11,724 nt of DNA. It comes from an uncultured bacterium. GTDB lineage: Bacteria > Lernaellota > Lernaellaia > Lernaellales > Lernaellaceae. Position 1 is the first letter of the stretch; the number at the start of each line of letters is the position of its first letter. Shown one piece after another: positions 1 to 7,460 of the stretch. The translations under genes and the position numbers were made by a program. Location of the stretch: NCBI GenBank assembly GCA_964534375.1, contig CAZHPN010000181.1:1-11724 (forward strand), given 5' to 3'. A model generated the notes under the pieces. That model was not told the origin of the DNA, did no database searches, and saw only the letters and a program-made list of their open reading frames with translations.

Positions 1-1
1 C

Positions 2-172
2 GCCGCGACCAAAGAGGCCCGCTTGGACCACCGCGGCGCGTACAACATGTTCGTCAAGGCATTTCGAGCCGCGCGCGACCTGTTTTGGCGGCAGCCGCCT
101 GCGGCCGTTTACCAATTTCCGCCCGGTTGCTACCTGCCGCCGTTCGTCCCGTTGCCGCCCGCGCCTGATTAA
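2..172 (+). CDS. 3' end of a gene entering from the left edge; resembles the C-terminus of RAYT-like (IS200-related, Y1 HUH) tyrosine transposases
   Basis: Frame 2 is open from the edge to TAA at 170-172 and reads AATKEARLDHRGAYNMFVKAFRAARDLFWRQPPAAVYQFPPGCYLPPFVPLPPAPD. The pattern AATKEAR..AY..FV.AFR.A....FPPGC..P matches my recollection of C-termini of RAYT-like transposases in Acidobacteriota/Myxococcota. The HUH catalytic part is outside the window, so the family call is tentative. Confidence 0.5.
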   Translation, partial: AATKEARLDHRGAYNMFVKAFRAARDLFWRQPPAAVYQFPPGCYLPPFVPLPPAPD

Positions 173-400
173 GCGCATCGCAAGCGCCCGCCGAATCTTC
201 CGAAACATCTGCAACAAAGGCGAAAAACCATCCGACGCACAAATCGCCGGTAAATTACGGTGCGTTAAACTGCGTTTCCAGCTTTGTAGGAGGCGGAAAA
301 TTCACGAAACGCGACATCCGGCCGGGCAATCTGCGACCAAACGCTCCGGCCGATGGCAGATGCTCCGACCCGAGCCGCCACGCGCCGAAAAAGTGGCTGG

Positions 401-489
401 CACCATTGCCCGGCACCATTGCCCGGCAGCACCATTGCCCGGGCAGCACCATTGCCCGGGCAGCACCATTGCCCGGCACCATTGCCCGG
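401..489. repeat. Tandem array of six identical 13-mers CACCATTGCCCGG
   Basis: Copies start at 401, 414, 430, 447, 464 and 477, with spacers of 0, CAG, GCAG, GCAG and 0. The array ends 10 bp from the kinase stop codon. Confidence 0.95.
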
Positions 490-499
490 GAGAGTACGC

Positions 500-2266
500 T
501 TACCCGCGCGGCAGGAAGATCGAGAAGACGCTGCCCTGATCGACGACGCTGTGGACCGCGACCCGGCCGCCGTGCGCGTTGACGATGTGCTTGACGATCG
601 CCAGGCCCAGGCCGGTGCCGCCGAGGTTCCGGCTGCGCGCTTTGTCCACGCGATAGAAGCGCTCGAAAATGCGGGACAAATGCTCGGCCGGGATGCCGCA
701 GCCGCGGTCGGTCACGCGAATGGCGACTTCCTCGCCGGCCGGCGTCGCCTCGACCGTCACCGTGTCGCCGGGCGTGCTGTATTTCACCGCGTTGTCGATC
801 AGGTTGACGATCGCCTGTTCGAGGAGAGCGGAGTTGATCGGCGCGTTCAGCCCGTCGTCGCAAATCATTTCGACCTTGATGTTCTTCGCGGCGGCCTTGC
901 TCGCGCAGGTCAGGATGGCGGAATCGAGCGGCTCCTTGAGCGGGCCGCGCGTCAGCGGAATCTCCCGGCGCTCCGATTCCTGTTCCACGCGCGACAGGCT
1001 CAGCAGGTCCTCGATGATCGAGTTCAGGCGGTCGGCGTGGCGCGCGATGATCGCCAGAAACCGCTGCGCGTTCTCCGGATCGTTGATCGCGCCCTCGCGC
1101 AACGTTTCGACAAAGCCCTTGATCGAGGTGATCGGCGTTTTCAGTTCGTGCGAGACGTTGGCGACGAAATCGCGCCGCACGACCTCCAGCCGTTTGATCT
1201 GCGAAATGTCGTGCAGCACGATCAACGCCGCCGCGACCTGGCCGTCCGCGTCGCGCAACGGCGCGCCGTAGGCCTGCAGGAAGCGGTCCTGGCCGTCGCG
1301 AATCGTCAGTTGGTCGATCAGCGGCTCGGCGGCGGCGAGCGTGCGGCGCACGAACCGCAGCAGGTCGGGATTGCGCGTCGCCGCCAGCAGGCTGCGGCCG
1401 GCCGGGTCTTCCGGTTCGGACAGCAGCAGCCGGCGGCCCGCGCCATTCAGCCGGATGATCGTTTCCTCGGCGTCGACGATCAGCACCGCCTCGATCATGC
1501 TCGACAACACGGCTTCCAATTCTTCGCGCTGGCTGGTGATCGTGCGGATGCGCTCGTCCAACCCGGCCGCCATTTGGTTCATCGCCTCCGCGAGATTCTC
1601 GACCTCCGTCGGGCCGTGCACCCGCAGCCGATGGCCGAGTTCGCCGCGGGCGAAGCGATCCGCGCCGCGCGTGATTTCCGCGACCGGGCGCTCGATCCGC
1701 CGCGCGGCCAGCAGGCTGACCAGGGCGGCGAGGGCGGCGATCGCGAAGCAGCCCAGCGCGATCCGCCAATAACCGGCGCGCAGCGTCGAGGCGACGTTGC
1801 GCAGCGGCAGGCTCAGGCGCACCACGCCCGCCAGCCGGCCGTGGTCGTACGCCGGAACGGCGACGTACAGCATGTCGCGTTTCAGGGTGTAGCTGTAGCG
1901 CCGCGCCACGCCCACCGCGCCGGTAGCGGCGGCCTGGAACTCGGGCCGGTCGGCGTGATTTTCCATCGTGCGGAACGCCTGGTCCGAGTCGCCGATGACG
2001 CGGCCGTCGGGCAGGATCAAGGTCATGCGCGTCTTGATGTCGGCGGCGATCGAGCGGCACAAGGCGTCCGCCTGGCCGTCGGGCGTTTCGGCAAATTGGG
2101 TCGCCAGCCGCGGAATGATCAACCGCGCGCGCGCCGTCAGATCCTCGGCGACGGTTTCCGACTCCAATTCCTGCAGCGTGCGCGAGGCGTACCACGCCAC
2201 CGCGGCCATCGCCACAACGAGGATCAGGAAATGCGAAAAAAACAATCGCCACAGCAATTTGCGCAT
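500..2266 (-). CDS. phoR: PhoR-like sensor histidine kinase (TM-periplasmic-TM-HAMP-PAS-HisKA-HATPase), 588 aa
   Basis: H-box RRDFVANVSHELKTPITSIKGFVETL, N-box NLIDNAVKYS, G1 DRGCGIP, F-box IFERFYRVDKARSR, G2 GGTGLGLAIVKH; periplasmic DGRVIGDS..MENHADRPE motif; two hydrophobic segments; GAGGGAAG upstream of the ATG at 2266. Confidence 0.85.
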   Translation of the reverse strand: MRKLLWRLFFSHFLILVVAMAAVAWYASRTLQELESETVAEDLTARARLIIPRLATQFAETPDGQADALCRSIAADIKTRMTLILPDGRVIGDSDQAFRTMENHADRPEFQAAATGAVGVARRYSYTLKRDMLYVAVPAYDHGRLAGVVRLSLPLRNVASTLRAGYWRIALGCFAIAALAALVSLLAARRIERPVAEITRGADRFARGELGHRLRVHGPTEVENLAEAMNQMAAGLDERIRTITSQREELEAVLSSMIEAVLIVDAEETIIRLNGAGRRLLLSEPEDPAGRSLLAATRNPDLLRFVRRTLAAAEPLIDQLTIRDGQDRFLQAYGAPLRDADGQVAAALIVLHDISQIKRLEVVRRDFVANVSHELKTPITSIKGFVETLREGAINDPENAQRFLAIIARHADRLNSIIEDLLSLSRVEQESERREIPLTRGPLKEPLDSAILTCASKAAAKNIKVEMICDDGLNAPINSALLEQAIVNLIDNAVKYSTPGDTVTVEATPAGEEVAIRVTDRGCGIPAEHLSRIFERFYRVDKARSRNLGGTGLGLAIVKHIVNAHGGRVAVHSVVDQGSVFSIFLPRG

Positions 2267-2608
2267 TGCGCCGCTTCCCTCGTCCGCCGGCCGCCACGGA
2301 AACAGCCAAACTGCGGCCCGTTTATTTGCCGAAGATTATGCTTTTGTTAGAAATATGCAAAAGCCCCGATCTTGGATAAGTTGGAAGACCCGTGCCCGAA
2401 GTGGCTGGCGCCAGCGGCCGGTCGCCCCGACGGCCGGTTGGATCGCGCCGATCCGGCGCGCGGCCGAACCATCGGATCAGCCGCCGGTCGCCTGAGCCGA
2501 GGTCCGGTTTTCGGCCCCCGACAAACAGGTTTTGCCCGATGTCGCACAACGCGCCATCTGGTTACGTTGGTGTTCAACGAACTGCCTTCGCAGGGGCCGG
2601 GAGATAAC

Positions 2609-3481
2609 ATGGTCGGCGCGCAGACGATATTGCTTCACGGGGCCACGGACAGGGTCGGTCGCGAACTTGCACTCAGCCTGGCGCGGAAGGGCCGTTCGGT
2701 TTTCGCCGTTGGTCCGCATCGCAAGCCGCTGGAGGAATTGCGCCGCGAGGCGCGCGGTTTGCCGTTGAAAACCATCCAGACGAATCCGTCGGACCCGGCG
2801 TCCGTCGCGCGGTTGAAACAGCGGATGAACCGCGAGACGCAGAACCTGGGGCCGGACGTGCTGGTCAACAATTCCGGTTGCGATGCTTGCGGCGAAGCGT
2901 CGGGGCCGGCCGGGCTGCGCGGCATGTGCGCGCAACTGGAACAGGACATTCAGGGCATGGTCGCCTTGATCGGGGCGTTCGCGCCGCAAATGCGGACGCG
3001 CGGCTGGGGCCGCATCGTCAACATCTGCCCGACCACGGCCGGCGCGCGGAACCTGCCGCGCATCGTCGGCCGCCTGTGCGGCGACGGGGCCAAAGCCTTT
3101 TCGCTGGCAATGGCGAAGGAACTGGCGCCGTCCGGCGTCCAGGTCGTGTACGTCGAGCCCGTGCCGGTCCGGCCGCGAGACGGCGACGCCGTCGCGCCGT
3201 TGCGCGGCAACGGCCCCGGCAACGTCGAACGCCGCGTTTACCCGCGCGAGGAGGCGTCGACGGCCGTCCAACTGTTCGAACCCGGCGTGCTCGTGCGCGC
3301 GGTCGAAATGGCCATTCGCACGAAAAACCCGCCCGGGCTGTGGCCGGCGATCCGCGGCGACCGCGTGTGGGCGGCCGTTTCCGCGGCGATCGGCGACCGC
3401 TGGGCCGACCAACTGGTGGCCTTGTTGTCGCACCTTCCCGCCGCCCGCGGCCGTTTCGTGGCGTCGGCGAAGAGCCGCTAA
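2609..3481 (+). CDS. Atypical short-chain dehydrogenase/reductase (SDR)-fold protein, 290 aa, catalytic residues absent
   Basis: ATG at 2609 preceded by GGGAG. ILLHGATDRVGRELA (degenerate TGxxxGxG), DVLVNNSG (NNAG-like), GWGRIVNI and ELAPSGVQVVYVEP are SDR landmarks. No YxxxK occurs anywhere in the protein. Confidence 0.8.
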   Translation: MVGAQTILLHGATDRVGRELALSLARKGRSVFAVGPHRKPLEELRREARGLPLKTIQTNPSDPASVARLKQRMNRETQNLGPDVLVNNSGCDACGEASGPAGLRGMCAQLEQDIQGMVALIGAFAPQMRTRGWGRIVNICPTTAGARNLPRIVGRLCGDGAKAFSLAMAKELAPSGVQVVYVEPVPVRPRDGDAVAPLRGNGPGNVERRVYPREEASTAVQLFEPGVLVRAVEMAIRTKNPPGLWPAIRGDRVWAAVSAAIGDRWADQLVALLSHLPAARGRFVASAKSR

Positions 3482-3511
3482 AACGCTTTACGAGTTTCGG
3501 GCTCCGAGCGC

Positions 3512-3524
3512 AATCAATCTCTTG
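3512..3524 (+). promoter_or_regulatory. IHF consensus site next to the putative origin
   Basis: AATCAA-TCTC-TTG matches WATCAANNNNTTR exactly; 18 bp left of the large inverted repeat. Confidence 0.45.
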
Positions 3525-3542
3525 GGTCGGGTTCGACCGCCG

Positions 3543-3624
3543 GTGACTGGTTGTGACTGGTTTGCCGGTGCTCCTATAGGTTTGCTTCTTGGGAACTTCC
3601 GGCAAACCGGTCACAACCAGTCAC
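3543..3624. repeat. 26-bp inverted repeat built from tandem 10-bp units; putative iteron replication origin
   Basis: Left arm GTGACTGGTTGTGACTGGTTTGCCGG (3543-3568), right arm CCGGCAAACCGGTCACAACCAGTCAC (3599-3624), 25/26 complementary. The 30-nt spacer contains the palindrome CCTATAGG. It lies 14 bp downstream of the primase stop. The repeat is directly seen; the origin role is inferred. Confidence 0.75.
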
Positions 3625-3638
3625 TTTGACGGCCGGAA

Positions 3639-5831
3639 TCAATCGTCCGCCCGCGATTTCAGGGCCAGCCCGACGCGATGATAGCCGTCGTTTCTCTTCA
3701 CTTTATGGAATCCCCGTTCCGTCAGGCAGCGCCCGAAGGCGGTATTGGACATCGGGTGTTTGACTCCCTGCCGGTCGCTGTAGGCGGCGTACGCATTGAA
3801 CAGAGCTTTCGCCGGCGCGCGGCAATCGGCGCCGCGATCGCAGCATTCGCTAAGGAAATCCGCCAGGCGGTCGAACTCCTCTTGATATTCGCCGGTCGCC
3901 GATTTCACGGCCGCCGAGTCCGCCAGGCCCTGCCGCTGCCAGAGGAGACAGCCCTCGACCAGCCAGTTCAGAATGCCCGAGCGCTCGGCGCGCAGCTTCT
4001 CGGTCAACAGCTTGTCGCGTTCGGCGTCGGGGATCGTGACGTTGAACGGCACGAGGCGCAGCCGCCGCCAGAGCCCTTCGTCCTGCCCGGACACCATCGG
4101 CGTGTGGTTGGTGGCCATGACGAACTTGTGCGTCGGTCGGAAGGTCCAGAAGTTCTCGTGCATCCGCCGCGTGCTGATTTCGTCGCCGCCGGTCAACTGC
4201 TTGACGAGCGCTTCGGAAAGGCGGTCGCCATGGTCGATTTCGGTCGCGACGGCCAGCCGCGTGCGGTACAGATCGGCCGTCGCCGTCGGGTGCGCCTCGT
4301 GGTGTTGGTCCAGCAGCAAACCGGGCGCCGTTTGCCGGGCGTAGCCGCCGAACACGCCCTTGACCGTCTCCAGCAGCACGGATTTGCCGTTGGCGCCCGT
4401 GCCGTAGAAGATCGCCAGCACGTGCTCCCGCACCTCGCCGGACAGGCCGTAGCCGAGAAAGCGCTGCACGTAGTCGATCAACGCGCGGTCGCCGGCGAAG
4501 ATGCGGTCGAGGAAGTCGTCCCATAGCGGCCGACGCGCGTACGGATCGAACGCGGCGCCGGCCAGTTGCGAGAGGCGGCGGGCCGGATCGTGCGGCGCCA
4601 ACTCGCCGGTGCGCAAATCCAGGATGCCGTTTTGCACGTTGAGCAGGAACGGATCGGCGTCGAGGTCCTCGGGGTCGAGTTGCATCTCCGCTTCGGCTTC
4701 GGTCACCCGCAACATCGAGTCCAGGCGCTGCGCGCTCTCGGACCGCATCGCGTGTTTCCACAAGGCGGCGCGCTCTTCCTTGGACGCGGCGGCGCGGGTC
4801 TCCTCGTCGATCCGGCGAACGGTCTGCTTGGCCATCGCGCGCACGTGGACCGCCTGTTCGTCGCGCTTCCAGCGCCGGCCGTCCCAGGTCAGCCAGGCCC
4901 GCCACGCCGGCACGTAGCGCGCTTCCTGCCGATGCTGCGCGGCAAAGCGTTCGGCATTGCCCGCGTCGGTCAAGGGCGCGATCGCCGGCGCCGGCGGCCC
5001 CGGCGGCGTGGCGGCGGCGAGCGCGGCCTGCCAGGCGGCGGCGAAACCCGCGGGGCCGGTTTTCTGGAGCAGGTCGTTCGGGTCCTTGACGCCGTCGAGC
5101 CGCACGATGCGCACCTCGCCGATCCAGCCGGAGCAGATGTGGCGCGCGACCTCCGCGGCGAATTGCGCGCCGGCGGCGTCCGGTTCCTGCACGATGTACA
5201 CGAGCGGGATGCCGCCCAGGAAATCGGGCGACAGCGTTTTGGTCATCGTCGCGCCCGGCGCGCCCAGGGCGGGGCAGCCGAAATGCCAGAGCGTCCAGCA
5301 ATCGCTTTCGCCCTCGACGAGGGTCAACGAGCCGGCCGCCCGGGCGGCCGCGAGGCGATCGAGGCCGTAGGCGATCACGCCCTCGCCCGGCGCCCACGAA
5401 CTGCCGTCGCCGGCCTTCAAGGCGCTGCGCCGCCGCTCGCGGAACGTCGCGCCGCATTCGTCGCGGTACGGAATCACCACGCCGTAACGCGGGTCGTCGC
5501 GCAGGCCCAGCGAACGCAGGAAATCCGCCGGCAGGCATTTATCCTCCGCGAGCGCGGCGACGGTCAGCGGCGGGCCGGCCGGCGTGCGGCGCCGCCGCTG
5601 CTCGCGGCCCGGCGGCGGCGCGGGAAAGAGGTCTTTCATCGACAGGCTCAGCGCGGTGACGATGTCCGGCGCCGCGCACCCGGCGAAACACTTCAGCAGA
5701 ATGCGGCCGTCGCGGCCCTCGCACACCGACAGCGACGCTTGCCGATCGTCGTGCGCCGGGCAGCGCGCCTGCCAGCCGTGGCTGTTTTTTCGCGGCGAAT
5801 CCAAACGGCTCAGGAACTCGGAGACGTGCAT
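3639..5831 (-). CDS. Phage/plasmid primase-helicase, P4/D5 family (Zn finger + TOPRIM + D5_N + SF3 helicase), 730 aa
   Basis: CPAHDD..LLKCFAGC Zn ligands; TOPRIM LVEGESD, EPDAAG and KDPND; D5_N LTDAGNAERF..WLTWDGRRW; Walker A GTGANGKS; VKQLTGGD, motif C MATN, GLWRR; strong SD AAAGGAG upstream of the ATG at 5831. Confidence 0.92.
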   Translation of the reverse strand: MHVSEFLSRLDSPRKNSHGWQARCPAHDDRQASLSVCEGRDGRILLKCFAGCAAPDIVTALSLSMKDLFPAPPPGREQRRRRTPAGPPLTVAALAEDKCLPADFLRSLGLRDDPRYGVVIPYRDECGATFRERRRSALKAGDGSSWAPGEGVIAYGLDRLAAARAAGSLTLVEGESDCWTLWHFGCPALGAPGATMTKTLSPDFLGGIPLVYIVQEPDAAGAQFAAEVARHICSGWIGEVRIVRLDGVKDPNDLLQKTGPAGFAAAWQAALAAATPPGPPAPAIAPLTDAGNAERFAAQHRQEARYVPAWRAWLTWDGRRWKRDEQAVHVRAMAKQTVRRIDEETRAAASKEERAALWKHAMRSESAQRLDSMLRVTEAEAEMQLDPEDLDADPFLLNVQNGILDLRTGELAPHDPARRLSQLAGAAFDPYARRPLWDDFLDRIFAGDRALIDYVQRFLGYGLSGEVREHVLAIFYGTGANGKSVLLETVKGVFGGYARQTAPGLLLDQHHEAHPTATADLYRTRLAVATEIDHGDRLSEALVKQLTGGDEISTRRMHENFWTFRPTHKFVMATNHTPMVSGQDEGLWRRLRLVPFNVTIPDAERDKLLTEKLRAERSGILNWLVEGCLLWQRQGLADSAAVKSATGEYQEEFDRLADFLSECCDRGADCRAPAKALFNAYAAYSDRQGVKHPMSNTAFGRCLTERGFHKVKRNDGYHRVGLALKSRADD

Positions 5832-5967
5832 CGGTCGCTCCTTTCGTCAAAGCTCACGCATCGGCCGGAAGAAACTGGTCCGTGTCTTCCGTTGCAGCCC
5901 CCAGTCGCGCTCGAACGACTAATTCAGGCTGCCCGATTCACTTTGTGCACGTGGCCACGTGGGAACT

Positions 5968-6011
5968 ATTTTTGCCAGATGCATGTACAAAAGTCAAACT
6001 CTTTTTTGTAC
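5968..6011 (-). promoter_or_regulatory. Putative sigma70 promoter of the primase gene, overlapped by an operator-like inverted repeat
   Basis: Minus strand TTGACT (5997-5992), 18-nt spacer, AAAAAT (5973-5968) in an AT-rich patch. GTACAAAA (5985-5992)-N11-TTTTGTAC (6004-6011) straddles the -35. Confidence 0.45.
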
Positions 6012-6039
6012 TATTCTCCAAGTATTTTTCATTGCAGTC

Positions 6040-6052
6040 CAACTAGTTGATA
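6040..6052 (-). promoter_or_regulatory. IHF consensus site upstream of the primase promoter
   Basis: CAA-CTAG-TTGATA matches YAANNNNTTGATW exactly. A two-mismatch copy TAACTAGCTGAAA lies at 6148-6160. Confidence 0.45.
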
Positions 6053-6218
6053 ATTCGCCACTTCTTGCGCTCTGCGCCCGGACCAAAAAATGGGGCGCGT
6101 TGGCGCACTTTCGGCGAGTTTGCGGCAATGAACGACGGTTTGTGGCCTAACTAGCTGAAATGCAGCGCATTTTTTTCGCCATGCGGCGCCGCCGCGGGTC
6201 GAACGAAAACGTCGGCGC

Positions 6219-7257
6219 TTACGGCGGCGTTCCCCAGACGGCGAAAAGTTCGGGCGTGCCGTTCGGAGCCGTCATCGAACGCCAAGAGGCGCCGTCGTAA
6301 TGCAGGATCACGGCGTTTTCGCCCACCGCGAACACGTCGGAAGCCGAATTCCCCCAGACGCCGTAAATAAACGAGTCTCCGCCGGCCTGCGTCGGCGTCC
6401 ATGACGTCCCTTGGTATTGCACGATCTCGCCGTTGTAGGGGTTGGTGGAATATTCGATGCCCACCGCGAAAATGTCGGTGTTTGACGCCCCCCAGATGCC
6501 GGCGAGTTGCATCAAGTCCTCCATCGTCGTCGACCAGGACGACCCGTTGTAATGGAGGATTTCCGCGTCGGGCGGGGTGTTATAATCGCGGCCCAAAACG
6601 TACAAATCGGATGACGTTCCCCAGATGCTTGCGAGCGGCATCACCGTTTCGGTGGCCATCGACGTCCAGGCCGCGCCGTCGTAATGCAGCACGACGCCGT
6701 TGGGCAGAGGCGCGGCGTTGTCGTTGCCCACGGCGTACACGTCGGCAAACGACGATCCCCAAACGCCGTAGAGGTTCGCGACTCCGCTCGGGACCGTCAT
6801 CGGCGTCCACGACGATCCGTCGTATTGCAGAATCAAGCCAGCGTAGGAGCCCCCCGTGCCGGTCGAGCCCACAGCAAATACGTTGGCAGGCGACGCTCCC
6901 CAGACCGCGGCCAGGTGCTCGGCGGCGGTTCCGGTCGTTTCCACATCCCACGATGTTCCGTTGAAAAACAGCGTCGTGTCGGCGTCGCCCACCGCGAACA
7001 CACTGGAAGCCGACGTTCCCCAGATGCCGTAAATGCTCACGCTGGTTCCGCTGGCCATCGTCTGCCAGGACGCGCCGTCGTAGTGCAGAATCGCGCCTTG
7101 GTCGCCCACCGCGAACACGTCGGACGATAAGTCATCGTCGTTGTCGTCGTCATTGTCGTCGTTATCGTTGTCGTCGTTGTCGTCATCCGCAGGCGATCGC
7201 GCCGGCCAGCACCGCCGTCGTCAACAGGAGAAACAGAAACCAACTGCTGCGATTCAT
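6219..7257 (-). pseudogene. Asp/Asn-rich seven-repeat beta-propeller-like lipoprotein, frameshifted after the lipobox (repeat-coding frame 7187-6219 intact)
   Basis: GGAGGT SD plus ATG at 7257 gives MNRSSWFLFLLLTTAVLAGAIACG then TGA (7185-7183). The +1 frame from 7187 reads 19 D/N codons, then LSSDVFAVG.., continuous with track ORF 6219-7118, which holds seven DVFAVG..ILHYDG..W..VWG repeats. Confidence 0.8.
7131..7187 (-). repeat. GAC/GAT/AAC/AAT codon tract (19 Asp/Asn)
   Basis: Reads DDDNDDNDNDDNDDDNDDD on the minus strand. Confidence 0.9.
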
Positions 7258-7431
7258 CGCGACACCTCCGAAAGTCAGCCTGTTCCGAACCTGGAACATC
7301 ACGGAAACCGATTCCCTTTCCATATAAGTAGGCGCCGCGTTTCTCGCAGTCAAGCGAACCGACCTTTGGACGCGTGTTTAACCCGGCCCCACGCTCATAC
7401 GTGCGGAAACGCCCGGCGGCCCGAAGTGGGA

Positions 7432-7460
7432 TTGACGGCGCCAGTTCGAAGCCGGACAAT
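7432..7460 (+). promoter_or_regulatory. Putative sigma70 promoter for the propeller-TlpA lipoprotein
   Basis: TTGACG (7432-7437), 17-nt spacer, GACAAT (7455-7460); about 65 bp upstream of the ATG at 7525. Confidence 0.5.

Noticed and set aside
401..489. Repeat array as a CRISPR array
   Set aside because: Units are 13 bp with 0-4 bp non-unique spacers, and no cas genes are present.
255..2350. Long alternative ORFs 255-2309 (-) and 353-2350 (+)
   Set aside because: Shadow frames of the GC-rich kinase gene; Arg/Gly/Ala-rich with no motifs.
2372..2608. N-terminal extension of the 369-aa SDR ORF
   Set aside because: The Rossmann beta-1 strand begins right after ATG 2609, which has an SD; the extension looks non-coding.
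3505..3545. GGGTTCGA as a tRNA T-arm or att fragment
   Set aside because: No T-stem pairing, acceptor stem or CCA, and no matching copy at the other side of the cassette.
3543..3624. GTCAC repeats as Pho boxes, given the nearby phoR
   Set aside because: Period is 10 bp rather than 11, and the site lies between two convergent 3' ends, not in a promoter.
3678..6050. ORFs 3678-4526, 3850-5538 and 4566-6050 overlapping the primase
   Set aside because: Antisense or off-frame shadows with no recognisable domains.
7180..7191. RF2-style programmed +1 frameshift at GGA-TGA-C
   Set aside because: UGA-C is a weak stop context, but a tRNA-Gly on GGA cannot re-pair well with GAU and no internal SD is positioned upstream; a mutation or assembly error is more likely.
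7325..7353. Minus-strand promoter TTGACT-N17-TACTTA for the frameshifted lipoprotein
   Set aside because: Position is plausible, but the -10 lacks the conserved final T, so it is too weak to list as a feature.
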